Shown here in pieces: positions 1 through 10,908 of a DNA stretch of 64,000 nt. This stretch comes from Diplonema japonicum (lineage: Eukaryota > Protista > Euglenozoa: Diplonemea). The stretch spans positions 186,001 through 250,000 of the forward strand of contig OZ025754.1 in NCBI GenBank assembly GCA_964019335.1. The letters run 5' to 3'. Each line of letters opens with the position of its first letter. The stretch's first letter is position 1. Both the position numbers and the translations under genes were made by a program. The notes under the pieces are model-generated. The model was given only the letters and a program-made list of their open reading frames with translations, searched no databases and was not told the DNA's origin.

Positions 1-574
1 AAAAAAAAAGACTCGTTTCTTTGCAACAAAAAAAAAAAAAAAAAAAAAAAGGGTGCGTACAGCTGGAATAACAACTTATGTTTCGAATTTCTATTTTGAA
101 GCCTTACCTTACTCATAGACAATGGAGAAAACGAATTTTGTTTTTTGTTTTTTGTTTTGTTTGGTTTTGTTTTTGTGCTAAAAAAAGGTATTGGAGCACA
201 GCTGATCCCGATTTTCTGCTTTACTCCTCCACCATGACACAGAAGGCGCCAGTTGTGTCCAGATGTGTCCCCTGCTCCTTGAGGAACTAATCGCTTCAAG
301 TTAGAAATCCAAAGTTTCTTTTTTTAATTGTCAATAGCAAACTGGTCTAGCTGCAACACTAGACCTATTTGTTTCATCACCCCCCCCCCCCCCCCCCCAG
401 ATCTGCTAAACAATGAAATATGAGAATTTCATATTTTTTTTTTTTTAAAAAGCAGGTAAATTCCGTGGGCAAGAAGAACAATCTTTTTTTTTTTTTTTCA
501 TTTTTTTTTTTAAATATTTGCACACTAAATTATGATCAACAATCACTACCACCAAATAAATGCATTTATATATA

Positions 575-2125
575 CTGTAAAACAAAAATCACCGGAAGAT
601 AAAATGTCCGGAAGCTCTGGCGGTCCGGATATTTTTTCTTCCGGACATTTTTTTCCTGGGACCCCCCTTTTATTAAAGGGCTGGACCCGAAAACAGATGA
701 AACTAGTTTCTATAGCAAGAGAAAATCAAACAAAAATCAGAGAATTGAATTACGGACTTTTCCAAGAACACCTCAGATCCTGATTGTTTGCTTCTACCAC
801 AAGCTTGTTGAACCAAACCACTTCTTGTGCTTGCTTTAGGGTTGTTCTTATTTTTTGCGGGTTTGCGTCATGGAGCCAATGTCCAGTATATCGCACCCTT
901 CAATGGCTGCGTCCCAGCAGGTTGGAGAGTACTTTTCCCGACAATAGAACTAAAAAAGGGGGCGAGGAAAGGGCAGCATCTTACCTGTCCGCACGTCTGA
1001 CCGTCTTGTTTGCTGCCTTCGCAGCCTTGGCAGTGCGCCTGGCCTCGGCCTTAATGGCACAAATAGGTGAGGTCTGGGGGACAAACGCTAAGTGAACGTT
1101 TGTCTCTGAAAACAAGTTCACAAAAGCCTGCATAGTGCGGACATTGTAGTCATCAATGATGAGTAGGATGGGCTCGGTGGGTGCTCAGTCCGATGACTCG
1201 ATGAGGTTGTAGCAAAGGGGAGAAACAAATCTTTTACCCAGAGCCGAAGCGTTTCCTGGGTGGCCCAGTGAGATTTCGAAGCTGTTAAACTCCAGCCTTT
1301 TGGGGGGTGTGCAACACGAGGGACGGACCCGAGGTATTTCCTGCGAGCTGGTTCTGTTTTTCCCGTGTAAATTAACTGCGGGTGCAGTTTGCACCAGTCA
1401 GGGAAACGCAAAACTGTCCGGTGACGGCGCGCTTGTCCCAAATCCCTAACCTTGACAACCTTGGGACCCCTTTTCGTCTTCTTCCCAGCAGCAGCAGCTG
1501 GTCCATGTTCCAGGTCAACCGGCCTGATCTTTGTGAACCTCCTCGCTGCTTGGGTGTCTTTGGGGCTGCTAGACTTCCCTGTTGTTGGGCGGCGGCTTGT
1601 GATGCCATGCTTGGGGCACAGCTGGTTGGCCCTCTGCATACAGGCAGATCGCTGCTACCGGCACCCCCCTTCCGTTCTGCATCTGGATCCAAACAAAGAG
1701 CCTTGTTGTTTCTTCCTAGTTCAGAAGAGGCTTGCGACCCGCAGTAACGGGTGCGGCAGGGGGATCGACCTTGGAGCTACCAAAGCGGTGCTTCCAGTGA
1801 CTCTCACCTGAAGATATTCCCACTTGCAATATCATTTCAGTCACCTGAAGAGGTCAGCACCTGGAGGGGTCGCGAGATATGTCCTTCCCCTTTTTAGAGC
1901 ATGCAGCTTTCGTCTGTTAATTTGAATTTTATTTTTGCCGTTCTTAAGACTCTTGCAACAGAAATATAAGTTTTCCAGACAGAGGGGGCAGTGCGTAGGG
2001 CAGGCTAGGTACCCTTAGAAAAGTGCCCAAAAGAATGTCCGGAAGATAAAATGTCCGGAAGAAAAAATCACCGGATGTTTCGGCGGTCCGGATATTTTAT
2101 CTTCCGGTGGATTTTTGTTTTACAG
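575..2125 (-). mobile_element. Degenerate pogo/Tigger-like (Tc1/mariner superfamily) DNA transposon with TIRs and TA flanks
   Basis: The left end CTGTAAAACAAAAATCACCGGAAGATAAAATGTCCGG (575) is mirrored by CCGGATATTTTATCTTCCGGTGGATTTTTGTTTTACAG (ends 2125); both are flanked by TA. Subterminal TCCGGAAGA repeats are present. Frameshifted minus-strand peptides resemble a CENP-B/Tc5 HTH (GRKPLLN..EETTRLFVWIQMQNGRGVPV, ~1660-1790) and DDE_1 (KLHPQLIYTGKT...PKGW....SKSHWATQETLRLW, ORF 1118-1639). Confidence 0.85.
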
Positions 2126-2177
2126 TATATATTTTTTTTATTTTTATTTTTTTTTTCTTTCTCCCTTGTTTTGCTTT

Positions 2178-2250
<73 letters not shown>

Positions 2251-2929
2251 TTTTGTTTTGTTTTATTTTTTTTCTTCTTCTTCTTCTTCTTCTTCTTTTT
2301 TTCCCCGTTTCACGGTTTCTCAAAATATATTCCAATTTTCAATTTTCTTTTTTTATTTTTCACTTGCCGCTTGTCGAAAAGCCGCCTCTGGCACCACTCC
2401 AACTGCTGCAGATATGCAGAAGCTTCCAGTGAGACTCACCAACACTTTCGTGCCTCTGAAAATATAAAAATATATTTGAAAACAGTGCCTTTCGTAGGGG
2501 GGAATACAAAAAAAAAAGAGAAGAAAAAAAAAGAGAAAAAAAAAAAAAAAAAAAGACTTCAATCTGTTTTTTTTTTTTTTTTTTTTCTTCTTTCCTCCTT
2601 GAGTACAGAGAAAGAAGGAAGGGGAAGAATTCTGTTTTCTTTAAAAAAAAAAAAAAAACTTTTTTTTTCTTTCCTTCGATTTTCCTCCTTCCATTATCTA
2701 ATTATCATTTTCTTCCTCAGTTCTACACCACAGTAATCTAAAGCACATCGAGGAGACCACAAGAGCAAGAAGAAGAAGAGAAGAAGAAAAAAAAAAAGAG
2801 CCGAGAAACGGATTTACCTCCCTCTTTTTTTTTCCCCTCTTCCTTTCACCTCTGGCTTCATGCTATCTCACGTGACGTGTTTTAAACACAACGGCGAAAA
2901 GCCTGGGGGGGGGGGGGGGGGGGGGGGGG

Positions 2930-3028
2930 CGGCTATGCATGGCATGGAAACGCGTTTCCATACATTTTTTGAAAAAAAACGGAAACGGAAACGGAAACGT
3001 TTCCACGTTTCCTGCCAGCATAGCCCTG
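2930..3028. mobile_element. ~100-bp MITE sharing its terminus with the hAT-like element, set within a poly-G tract
   Basis: Imperfect inverted ends GGCTATGCATGGCATGGAAACG ... CGTTTCCTGCCAGCATAGCCCTG. The same terminus occurs at 35382 and 46354. G-runs flank both sides. Confidence 0.7.
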
Positions 3029-3529
3029 GGGGGGGGGGGGGGGGGAGCGGGAGCGGGCATCGGTTGCCGTGCACAATAACCATGTTGAAAAACTTTTTAA
3101 AAAAAAAAAGAATTTTTGAAAAATTAAAAAAAAAAAAAAAAAAAAAAAGATAATCATAGGGGAGAATGAAATAAAATCGGTGCCCCTCCCCCTCAGTCTC
3201 TCTCTTTGGAAAAATCTTTTTTTTAAAAAAAAAAAAAAACCCCCAATAAAAGACAAAATGGGGAGGAGGAAGGAAAAGGGGCACCAGGGAAAAGGGAAAC
3301 TAGCAAAAAAAAAAAAAGAATCGTGTCATGACAATGACTTTTGTGAACGGGGGGGGGAGGGGGGAGGAGATGTGGTGTTTCTTTCTTCTTTCCAAACAAA
3401 AAAAAACTTTTTTTTTTTTTCCCTCTCTGCCTTCCTATCACTCAAGACGAAGAGAGAGGAGAATGAACATAATAAAATAAAATAAAAAATTAAAAAAAAA
3501 TAAAAAATAAAAAAATAGAGAAATATTTA

Positions 3530-4207
3530 CTACAACAACTCCGCAAGCAGGCTAGCCTGTCGGGACTTTGTGACATCTGTCGAAAATGCTGTGAGCGTAG
3601 TTATTTTTCGAAATTCCGGTTTTGGAGAGGAAAGAGGAGACGAGTAAGGAAGAGGGTCAACTAAACGGGTACTTGACGGCCCCGGTGAGGCGACCCGAGA
3701 AAAACCCAATATTGGAGACCCAGCAAGAGAACTGGGGGGGGAGAGGAACGCGGACCCTCTAGGGGATGTCTGGTCAGAAAGTGACATATTACACCTTGAG
3801 GAAAATGAAGTTGTTAGAGATGGGACCGGTGACCGGGTACCTGATGACGGGTCGGTTGTCTCCAGGTTTGTCATATCACTGCCAAAGCTGTAAATTAGTT
3901 GTATCAAGTCATCAGCCTCCTCAGCGTCCCTCGTTGCAACTACCCACTGAACCTTGCCACATGATATACTGACTCCGATTGCCCCAAAGCGGTATTCCCC
4001 ATCCACCAAAACAGGTTCTCTTTGTTTCACTTGGTACATGCGTACTCCTGTCACGCTTGCAAAAGGGATGACCTCTTGCCTTTCGCCGGGGAGGCCCTGG
4101 TTTTTTATGAGTTCTATCCCGACCTCCCTGCTGATTTTGAACGTTCTATTTTTCCACGATTTTTTCCACCAATCGCGGGATTTCACCTGCACAGACCGGT
4201 CCGGCAT
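3530..4207 (-). CDS. Hypothetical protein, possible PH-like N-terminal domain with Ser/Pro-rich tail
   Basis: 225-aa ORF with complex sequence between low-complexity spacers; ATG preceded by an A-tract; same strand as neighbours. The PH-like pattern is weak. Confidence 0.65.
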   Translation of the reverse strand: MPDRSVQVKSRDWWKKSWKNRTFKISREVGIELIKNQGLPGERQEVIPFASVTGVRMYQVKQREPVLVDGEYRFGAIGVSISCGKVQWVVATRDAEEADDLIQLIYSFGSDMTNLETTDPSSGTRSPVPSLTTSFSSRCNMSLSDQTSPRGSAFLSPPSSLAGSPILGFSRVASPGPSSTRLVDPLPYSSPLSSPKPEFRKITTLTAFSTDVTKSRQASLLAELL

Positions 4208-5240
4208 TCTTTTTTTTTTTTTTTTTCCCCTCTCCCTCTCTCTCCCCTCCTCCCTCGCCTTTGTGTTGTGATTTCTTTTTTTTTTGAAGAAACAGATTTT
4301 TTTTTGGGGGGGGGAAAAAGTGATATAAAAAAGGGGGGGGAAATAAATAGAGGAGGGGGAAGAAGGGGGCCAAGGTAGCCCCCTTCACCCGCCGCCCCCC
4401 CTTTTTTTTTTGCTTCCCACCCCCCTCCTCGCTTCTTTCTGATATTATTTATTTCGCGGTTTTTAATTTTTTCCTTCGGACGGGTGTCCGTATAGCTCTT
4501 TGAGAACTTAAAAGCTTCGAGGGAAATAGACTGTAGAAAAGGGCAGTAGACCACCGCAGCCAGGGCAGAGGAGGGTTAACCTTTACCTTTACCTTTACCT
4601 TTCCCCCCCCCCTGACAGATATGGTCTTGCGTCTGTCTCGGGGAATGAAATAATAAAAAAAGAAATCCTTGCTTCAAAGAACTCATGACTTTGTAAACGA
4701 ACGAAGAACGGAAGAAAGAGAAGAAAGAAAGAAAAATGGAAAAAAGGCGCAAAAAAAAAGGGGGGAGGGAAAGGGGGGGGGGGGGGATAAAGAATAAACA
4801 AAATCTAACAAAAAAAAAATACCCTCTTTTTTTTTTCCGTTTTTTTCTTTTGACAAAAATCACCACACAGTTTTACAAGAACTAATGAGGATCAGTTACG
4901 TGCAATAAATAGGGCTTCGATTGCAACACTAGGTGGCGTTAAGCGTGCACCGAATAAATAGGAAGGGAAAGGGACGGGGGGGGGGGGGAAGAAAATAAAC
5001 ATTTATTTATAATAAAAAAAAAGAAATCAAAAACAGAAGTCAGAAAAAAGAAAAATGGCGCGGGGTGGGGGGGTTTTTTTCTTTTCTCCTTTTCCTTCAA
5101 AAAAAAATATCATTTGCCCTCTCTCTCTCCCCCCCCCCCCCCCCCCCCCTTCATTACCTTAATTGAAATAAGAGAAAAGTAAAAAAGGAAGGGGCGCAAA
5201 ATAAGATAAAAAATTTCAGAAAAAAAAAAAAGAAAATAAT

Positions 5241-8200
5241 CTAGTATTCAATTGACTCATCGACATCCAACACAATAGGCTCAGGGTGCTCCTTTTCTCT
5301 GATAGGAGCTTGCTTTGGGGTTGGGGTTTCTATGGGTGTGGGTGTAGGAACCACTGTTTCCGGCTCAGAGACATCCTTGTCCTTGTCTTCCGGAGAGACA
5401 CAGGCACCCTCTTCTTCCGCTTTTTTCTCGATTTTTTGCTTTTTTACAGACTCTTTTTCCGGTTCCTCAGCCTTTCTCTTCTCTGTTTTAACAACTGCTT
5501 TCTCTACTTTCTTTACTTTCTCTACTTTTTCAGCCTTTACAACCTTCTCTTTTTTTACCTCTGTTTTGACTGCTTTCTCTACCTTTTCAACTTTTACGGC
5601 TTTTTCTTTTTTCTCCGCTTTGACTACCTTCACAGCCTTGTCTTTTTTCGGTTTTTTGGGTGATTTTATGATGCTGTCGTCGCTCTTATCGTCTTCGGCT
5701 GCCTTGCGCTTTTTCGATATCTTTGCAGAGGGCTTCTTGCTGGGCTTGGCCTCCTTCTTGAACTGGAGTGTTGGTTCAACTTCAACGGGGATATCAAGCT
5801 CCTTCCTGGAAACCTTCACCAAGGTGTCCCATGCAATTGCGCATTTCTTCGGGAAGCGGGGGCAGATGGAAGCGTTGGGGAGGGGCGTTTCATCAGCCGA
5901 AGGCGGCTTGCACTCCTTTTCGGCCTTGGGGTAGAATGCGAGGTTCTTATCCCACACAGTTGCCATCCAACACTTCCCGTGGGTGCGGAACCCTTTGAGG
6001 AGGTCTAGGTTTTCCTTGGCTTTCCACCACGACGGTAGCTTTTCTCTGACCATTTTTTTTTCGAGCAGTTTCCACAGTTGCCTGATCGGGGCTGTCGTGT
6101 GGGGTGACGGATCGTTTCCAGCAGTTTCTAGAATCCCGTTTAAGTAGGCTGTAACGTCGGTGGTTTCCTTAATGACAGTTCGGATTGTTGAAAGATCTTT
6201 GCCTTGTTGCGCGGTTACCCATTCTGGGGTTTCTTCGGTCTTGATGAGTTCCGGAAGAAGATCGATGTTTGGTGTGTTTTGCGTGCGTTTTTTTAAGTCG
6301 GGGTAGTCGATGTTGCCGTTTGCATCGATTTTTACACCGTTTTCCCTCACGGCCTTCAGGATTGTTTTCAGTTCGCTTGGTTTCATTCTCTTCTCCTTCT
6401 CCTTCTCGGGCGCCTTTGCTTTTTTCGGGGTTTTCTCGGTGTTCTTGTCCTTCGCTCTGACGATATTCTCATCGATTTCGCATTGCACCAGGTCGCACTG
6501 CCATTTTTTAAGGTTTTTTGCGGAGAAGCCGTTTGTTTTGAACTGGTCGAAGTACTCTTTAAAGAGTTTGAAGGCACCTTCGTCCGTGGTGGCATCTTCG
6601 GGTAGGTCTGCAACCTTCTTCATCGCAGTGACAAGGGTCTTCGGCAGAACCGACGATTTCAACTCGTTGTTCGCAAGCTTCTCGTTGTAGGTAGGGATGA
6701 ACGCGTTCCATTTCGTGATTGTAGTGCACCTCTGAGCAGGAACATTTCCCAACGCAAGCATGTATGCCGTCAAGGGTTTCATGGAAGTGGTGACGCCTTC
6801 CTTGCTGGGCTCTGCGTTGAGCTTGATTTTCGTAGATTCGTGAGCAGAGATTTGTTTTTCAGGTTTGTTCCGAAGCCCTCTCGCCGCACCGAGTACACCC
6901 GCCATGGTGGGATGATCATCTTTCTTTACAGCGTAGGTTTGGACGAAATATTCACCGGGCTCTCCTGGGACAACGGTGTATACTTTTCTGGATTCCTTTA
7001 GATCCACGGTGTGGCTGCGAAGGAGCCTAAACCTTTTTTTCGAAGTGGTGATCCTGCAGATGATTACAACGGCGTGGGTGTGCTCGTTTGCAGATTTTTC
7101 GTCGATCTCCACCAGCAATGGCGTGCCGCACTTCACAGTGTTCTTTAGATCCACATCGCAATACGCAAGGCCTTGTTCGCTTGCCAGCCCCAGCTTAACA
7201 CTTGAAACTAAAGTTGCCGCCACATCGTCTTTCATTACAGGCATCAACTTCTCCACAAACATAACATGCGACAAGTGCGATATATTGTAATCAGCCATCG
7301 AGTCTTGGAAACAGGACAGGGAGGCGAAGTGATGCGGTTTCACGATGAACTTGTTGAGAAGCCCTTCCTGAAGGTTCAAGTTCTGCTTCGGTGCGCTAGA
7401 AGACGAGGAGGAAGATGAGGAGTAAGAGGAGTCAGAATCAGAATCAGAATCGTGTGCCGGTTTCTTCTTCTTCGTCTTCTTCTTCATTGCTACCTTCTTC
7501 TTCGGTGCTGCTTGTTTTGCAGCGGGTTCCGCTAACTTTTCGTCAGAAAAGTACGCTGCGAGGCCTTCAAGCTTGGCACATACGACGCCCTGTCGTATCC
7601 CTACGGGGAGCATGTCTACTGAAGGGTAGCTGGCTTTTTGCAAGTTCAACGTTACAGTTTCCCATCTCCCGTACCCGAAGACCTTGGTTTGGTCCACAAG
7701 GTCGGTGAGGAGCTTCTCTCTCCAAATTCCTAGTGCGGTGTGCATGCCTTTTGAGGGTCCATCGTCCTCCGAGTCGGAATCTGCGAATTTCGATTTCTTC
7801 CTCGGTGGTGTTGTCGATCCGTGGATGTGGCGTGGCTTGCGAACTCTTGTCAGCGGCTCGTGGACCTTTGTTTGCAGGCCCTTCAGTGTTTCCACGTGTG
7901 TTTCAAACTGCGGCAACCCGATGGCTTGCAACACAAGGCCTTCCAACGTACGCTGTGTGTGCAGGTCGTCGGGTTTATATAATGGATCTGTGCCCAACGC
8001 TTCGATCTCGGTTATGCAAACAGTGCAGAGCTTCGACATGAAGTCTGACACATCGTCTGATGAGCTTGGAGGGGTCGCGCCGTTGAGCTTGCGGACAAGG
8101 GATTCACTGTCGAGCTTTTCGGGGAGAACCTTTGTCCAGAAATCGGGGTCGTCGTCGTTTATTTCTTCACCGGCGAACTTTACTTTTGAGAACCCGGCAA

Positions 8201-10751
8201 GCCCTCGAACCGCGGGGCCCGAGGTGTTATCCTTCGCGCCGTGCACGATTTTTTTCGAGCGTTCTAGAATCTGGTCGATTCCTTCGTTGACCTCTTCTTC
8301 TTCCTCGTCGTCGTTTTTATACAAATCGTACGCACCGTGACGGAGGACACGTTCTATTTCCTTCGTGCTGAGCCCCATTGTTGTGGTGGTTGTGGTGTCG
8401 CCGGCATCAGCGGCGGACAGTACCACCCTGTCAAGGCCTAGTTTTTGGGATGCCACATCGAACATCCGTTCCTCGTAGGTGTTTTCTGTCAGGACGCGGT
8501 ACACTTCGACTTCTTTCTTTTGCCCGATACGGTGGCATCGTGCTTGAGCTTGTAAATCGTTCTGCGGGTTCCAATCACTGTCATATATGATGACCTTTGT
8601 CGCTGATGTCAGATTGATCCCGCACCCCCCTGCTCTCGTGGAGATTAGGAACAAGAAACTGTCGGATTTTGGGTCTTGAAATCTATCGACCGCGCGCTGG
8701 CGTTCGAAGGACGCTGTGTTCCCGCTGAGCGTTTCAAAAGGGTAGCCCTTCCACTCCAGATAGTCCGTGATTAAATTGAGAACGATAACGAACTGAGAGA
8801 ACAGCAGCACCCTCTCGCCTTCCTTTCGGAACTTTTCAAGCAGTTTGTCTAAAAACTGCAGTTTTCCGGAGCATGACACCATGTGGCGCATCACGAAATC
8901 GAGGGGCGCGGTGCCTGTTCCGGAGAACCCGTGCCTCTGGAGGTAGTCGTTCTCAGCATTGTCCCTCAGCCACGGGTGGTTGCAGACTTTTCTCAGCTCC
9001 ATGCAAACGTTTTTGTGCGCCGGTTTCACCTTCCCGCCCTCCAGCAGAGTCCTGTTTTTGTTGATGACTTGCTTGTAAACCTCCTTCTGGTATTTTGTAA
9101 GCCCGACTTTAACGAGAATCTCCACCTTTGGAGGGATCGACTTCTCGACGTTCTCCTTCTCCCTGCGAAGCAGCCTGGGGCCCAACAACGCGAATAACGT
9201 CTCAAGATTCTCCGCCGTCATCGGTGTGTACATTTCGGTGAACTTCTCAGCCCGCTTCGGGACTATGGTGGGGTCCAGATATTTGAGGAGCGAGTACAGC
9301 TCGGTGATGTTATTTTGGACGGGCGTGCCGGTCAGCACGACACGATGCTCGGATTTCATCGGCGACAGCATTTTGAAAAGCGACGCATCTTCATTCTTCA
9401 AGCGGTGGCCTTCATCGATGACCGTTGCGCCCCAGTGGATGGAGTTGAACCTTGCTGAATCCTTCTGCATCCACTCATACGTTGTGACCAACAGGTCGAA
9501 TTTAACAGGCGTGGTCTTCCTAACCTTCGTTGTTGTTGACGCTGGCTGCTTGTAGTAAAACTCGTTCATGAAAATCCTGTCTCGAGCCTTCTTCAAACCC
9601 ATGTATGTCACCACGTTCATGCTGACCCATGTAGCCGCCTCTCGCTGCCAGTGCCCTATTGTTGCAAGTGGTGCGATGACGAGGAAAGGACCGGTTACGT
9701 GGAATAAACGACGCAAAGTCTCGAGGAAAATTACAACCTGCACCGTTTTCCCGAGACCCATCTCGTCGCCGAGGATGCAGCTACGCTCTTGAAGCCAATT
9801 GTGAACCAACCACGAGACGCCCTTTACCTGATAGTCTCTCAAACGGTTGTCATTCTCGAAACGGAACCCTTGGATTCTCGACACAATTGTGTTTAAATCA
9901 TACATGTTTACCTTCCCCTCGCGTGTGAAAGACGGTGCCGGTCTTGGAAGCGACCAAGATCGGAACTTCGCGATCAGGTGCTGAGCTTGTAACGTGAATT
10001 TCACAAAGTCGAGGGTTTCCCACGTCGCTTCCGCGTAGCTGAGCGCCTCCCACTTGACCATTAGGTATGTTATACCGCTTTTGGTCAGCTCGGCGACGAT
10101 TTTCTCAGGCGAGAGGAAGATGGGGTCGAAGTGTTCCCCCACCCGGTTGTGCCGCCCGCTTCCTCGCTTCTGTGCTGTGAATGTTACGTGTTGTTCGATG
10201 TAATTGACGAGTTTTCGGTTCGCACCGCGTCCAGACGGGTACTCGCTGTTGATATCCTCCTCTTCCAGCCACTCAACGTGGTGGTAAGAATAGTCGATAT
10301 ACTTCACGAGGTATTCGGTGACGTCATTGTTTTCAGGGGATTCTCGGTGTCCGAGGATGAGTTCGAGTTTTTTTTTAGGTGCTACGTCTTGGTCTATGTA
10401 TTCGGGGGTTTTTACATCATCGGAGTCCGTTTCTGAGTAGTTGTATTGGGAGCCAGAGGAGGAAGAGTTGGAGTCAGAGTCGGAGTCAGAGTCAGAGCTG
10501 GAGGATTCTGAGCCAGTGCTCTCGTCTTGTGTTGCTTGTACCCTCCTTGCTTTTCTCTTTCTCAGCACCTCGTCCTGGTCGCTGTCCGACTCCATCGAGA
10601 ACACGTCCCTTTGGTTGTCGTTGTTCTTCCTCCTCTCCACCCACCCGTCGTCGTTGTCTGAAGGCGCCGCTTCTTGTTTTTGTTGCTCGCTTACCGCACC
10701 CCCGCCCTCGTCCACCGCAGTTGCTTCCGACTCCGTGTCCCACAAGTCCAT
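5241..10751 (-). CDS. Chromodomain-helicase-DNA-binding (CHD/SNF2) chromatin remodeler
   Basis: Tandem chromodomains (EYLVKYIDYSYHHVEW; YLMVKWEALSYAEATWE) and SNF2 motifs (LRDYQVKG, GDEMGLGKT, IDEGHRLK, LTGTPVQNN, DSDWNPQNDLQAQARCHRIGQ), with a K/E-rich tail. Start set at the ATG after the poly-A run (MDLWD, 1836 aa). Confidence 0.95.
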   Translation of the reverse strand: MDLWDTESEATAVDEGGGAVSEQQKQEAAPSDNDDGWVERRKNNDNQRDVFSMESDSDQDEVLRKRKARRVQATQDESTGSESSSSDSDSDSDSNSSSSGSQYNYSETDSDDVKTPEYIDQDVAPKKKLELILGHRESPENNDVTEYLVKYIDYSYHHVEWLEEEDINSEYPSGRGANRKLVNYIEQHVTFTAQKRGSGRHNRVGEHFDPIFLSPEKIVAELTKSGITYLMVKWEALSYAEATWETLDFVKFTLQAQHLIAKFRSWSLPRPAPSFTREGKVNMYDLNTIVSRIQGFRFENDNRLRDYQVKGVSWLVHNWLQERSCILGDEMGLGKTVQVVIFLETLRRLFHVTGPFLVIAPLATIGHWQREAATWVSMNVVTYMGLKKARDRIFMNEFYYKQPASTTTKVRKTTPVKFDLLVTTYEWMQKDSARFNSIHWGATVIDEGHRLKNEDASLFKMLSPMKSEHRVVLTGTPVQNNITELYSLLKYLDPTIVPKRAEKFTEMYTPMTAENLETLFALLGPRLLRREKENVEKSIPPKVEILVKVGLTKYQKEVYKQVINKNRTLLEGGKVKPAHKNVCMELRKVCNHPWLRDNAENDYLQRHGFSGTGTAPLDFVMRHMVSCSGKLQFLDKLLEKFRKEGERVLLFSQFVIVLNLITDYLEWKGYPFETLSGNTASFERQRAVDRFQDPKSDSFLFLISTRAGGCGINLTSATKVIIYDSDWNPQNDLQAQARCHRIGQKKEVEVYRVLTENTYEERMFDVASQKLGLDRVVLSAADAGDTTTTTTMGLSTKEIERVLRHGAYDLYKNDDEEEEEVNEGIDQILERSKKIVHGAKDNTSGPAVRGLAGFSKVKFAGEEINDDDPDFWTKVLPEKLDSESLVRKLNGATPPSSSDDVSDFMSKLCTVCITEIEALGTDPLYKPDDLHTQRTLEGLVLQAIGLPQFETHVETLKGLQTKVHEPLTRVRKPRHIHGSTTPPRKKSKFADSDSEDDGPSKGMHTALGIWREKLLTDLVDQTKVFGYGRWETVTLNLQKASYPSVDMLPVGIRQGVVCAKLEGLAAYFSDEKLAEPAAKQAAPKKKVAMKKKTKKKKPAHDSDSDSDSSYSSSSSSSSSAPKQNLNLQEGLLNKFIVKPHHFASLSCFQDSMADYNISHLSHVMFVEKLMPVMKDDVAATLVSSVKLGLASEQGLAYCDVDLKNTVKCGTPLLVEIDEKSANEHTHAVVIICRITTSKKRFRLLRSHTVDLKESRKVYTVVPGEPGEYFVQTYAVKKDDHPTMAGVLGAARGLRNKPEKQISAHESTKIKLNAEPSKEGVTTSMKPLTAYMLALGNVPAQRCTTITKWNAFIPTYNEKLANNELKSSVLPKTLVTAMKKVADLPEDATTDEGAFKLFKEYFDQFKTNGFSAKNLKKWQCDLVQCEIDENIVRAKDKNTEKTPKKAKAPEKEKEKRMKPSELKTILKAVRENGVKIDANGNIDYPDLKKRTQNTPNIDLLPELIKTEETPEWVTAQQGKDLSTIRTVIKETTDVTAYLNGILETAGNDPSPHTTAPIRQLWKLLEKKMVREKLPSWWKAKENLDLLKGFRTHGKCWMATVWDKNLAFYPKAEKECKPPSADETPLPNASICPRFPKKCAIAWDTLVKVSRKELDIPVEVEPTLQFKKEAKPSKKPSAKISKKRKAAEDDKSDDSIIKSPKKPKKDKAVKVVKAEKKEKAVKVEKVEKAVKTEVKKEKVVKAEKVEKVKKVEKAVVKTEKRKAEEPEKESVKKQKIEKKAEEEGACVSPEDKDKDVSEPETVVPTPTPIETPTPKQAPIREKEHPEPIVLDVDESIEY

Positions 10752-10859
10752 TTTTTTTTTTTCTTTCTTCGATCTACCTTTTTTGGGGTTTTGTTTTTTT
10801 TTTTTTTTTGTTGTTGTTAAATAAAACAAGAGAGAAAGGGTATGGGGTTATCGAAAAAC

Positions 10860-10900
<41 letters not shown>

Positions 10901-10908
10901 TTAAATTC

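Noticed and set aside
2051-2736. Poly-Phe/Lys/Gly/Pro ORFs here and throughout the spacers
   Set aside because: They are translations of homopolymer tracts. Upstream extensions of the CHD, ACSF3, GT34, RING, ACAD and kinase ORFs were trimmed for the same reason.
4575-4602. (CCTTTA)n telomere-like repeat
   Set aside because: Only about 4 units, not the TTAGGG type; an ordinary microsatellite.
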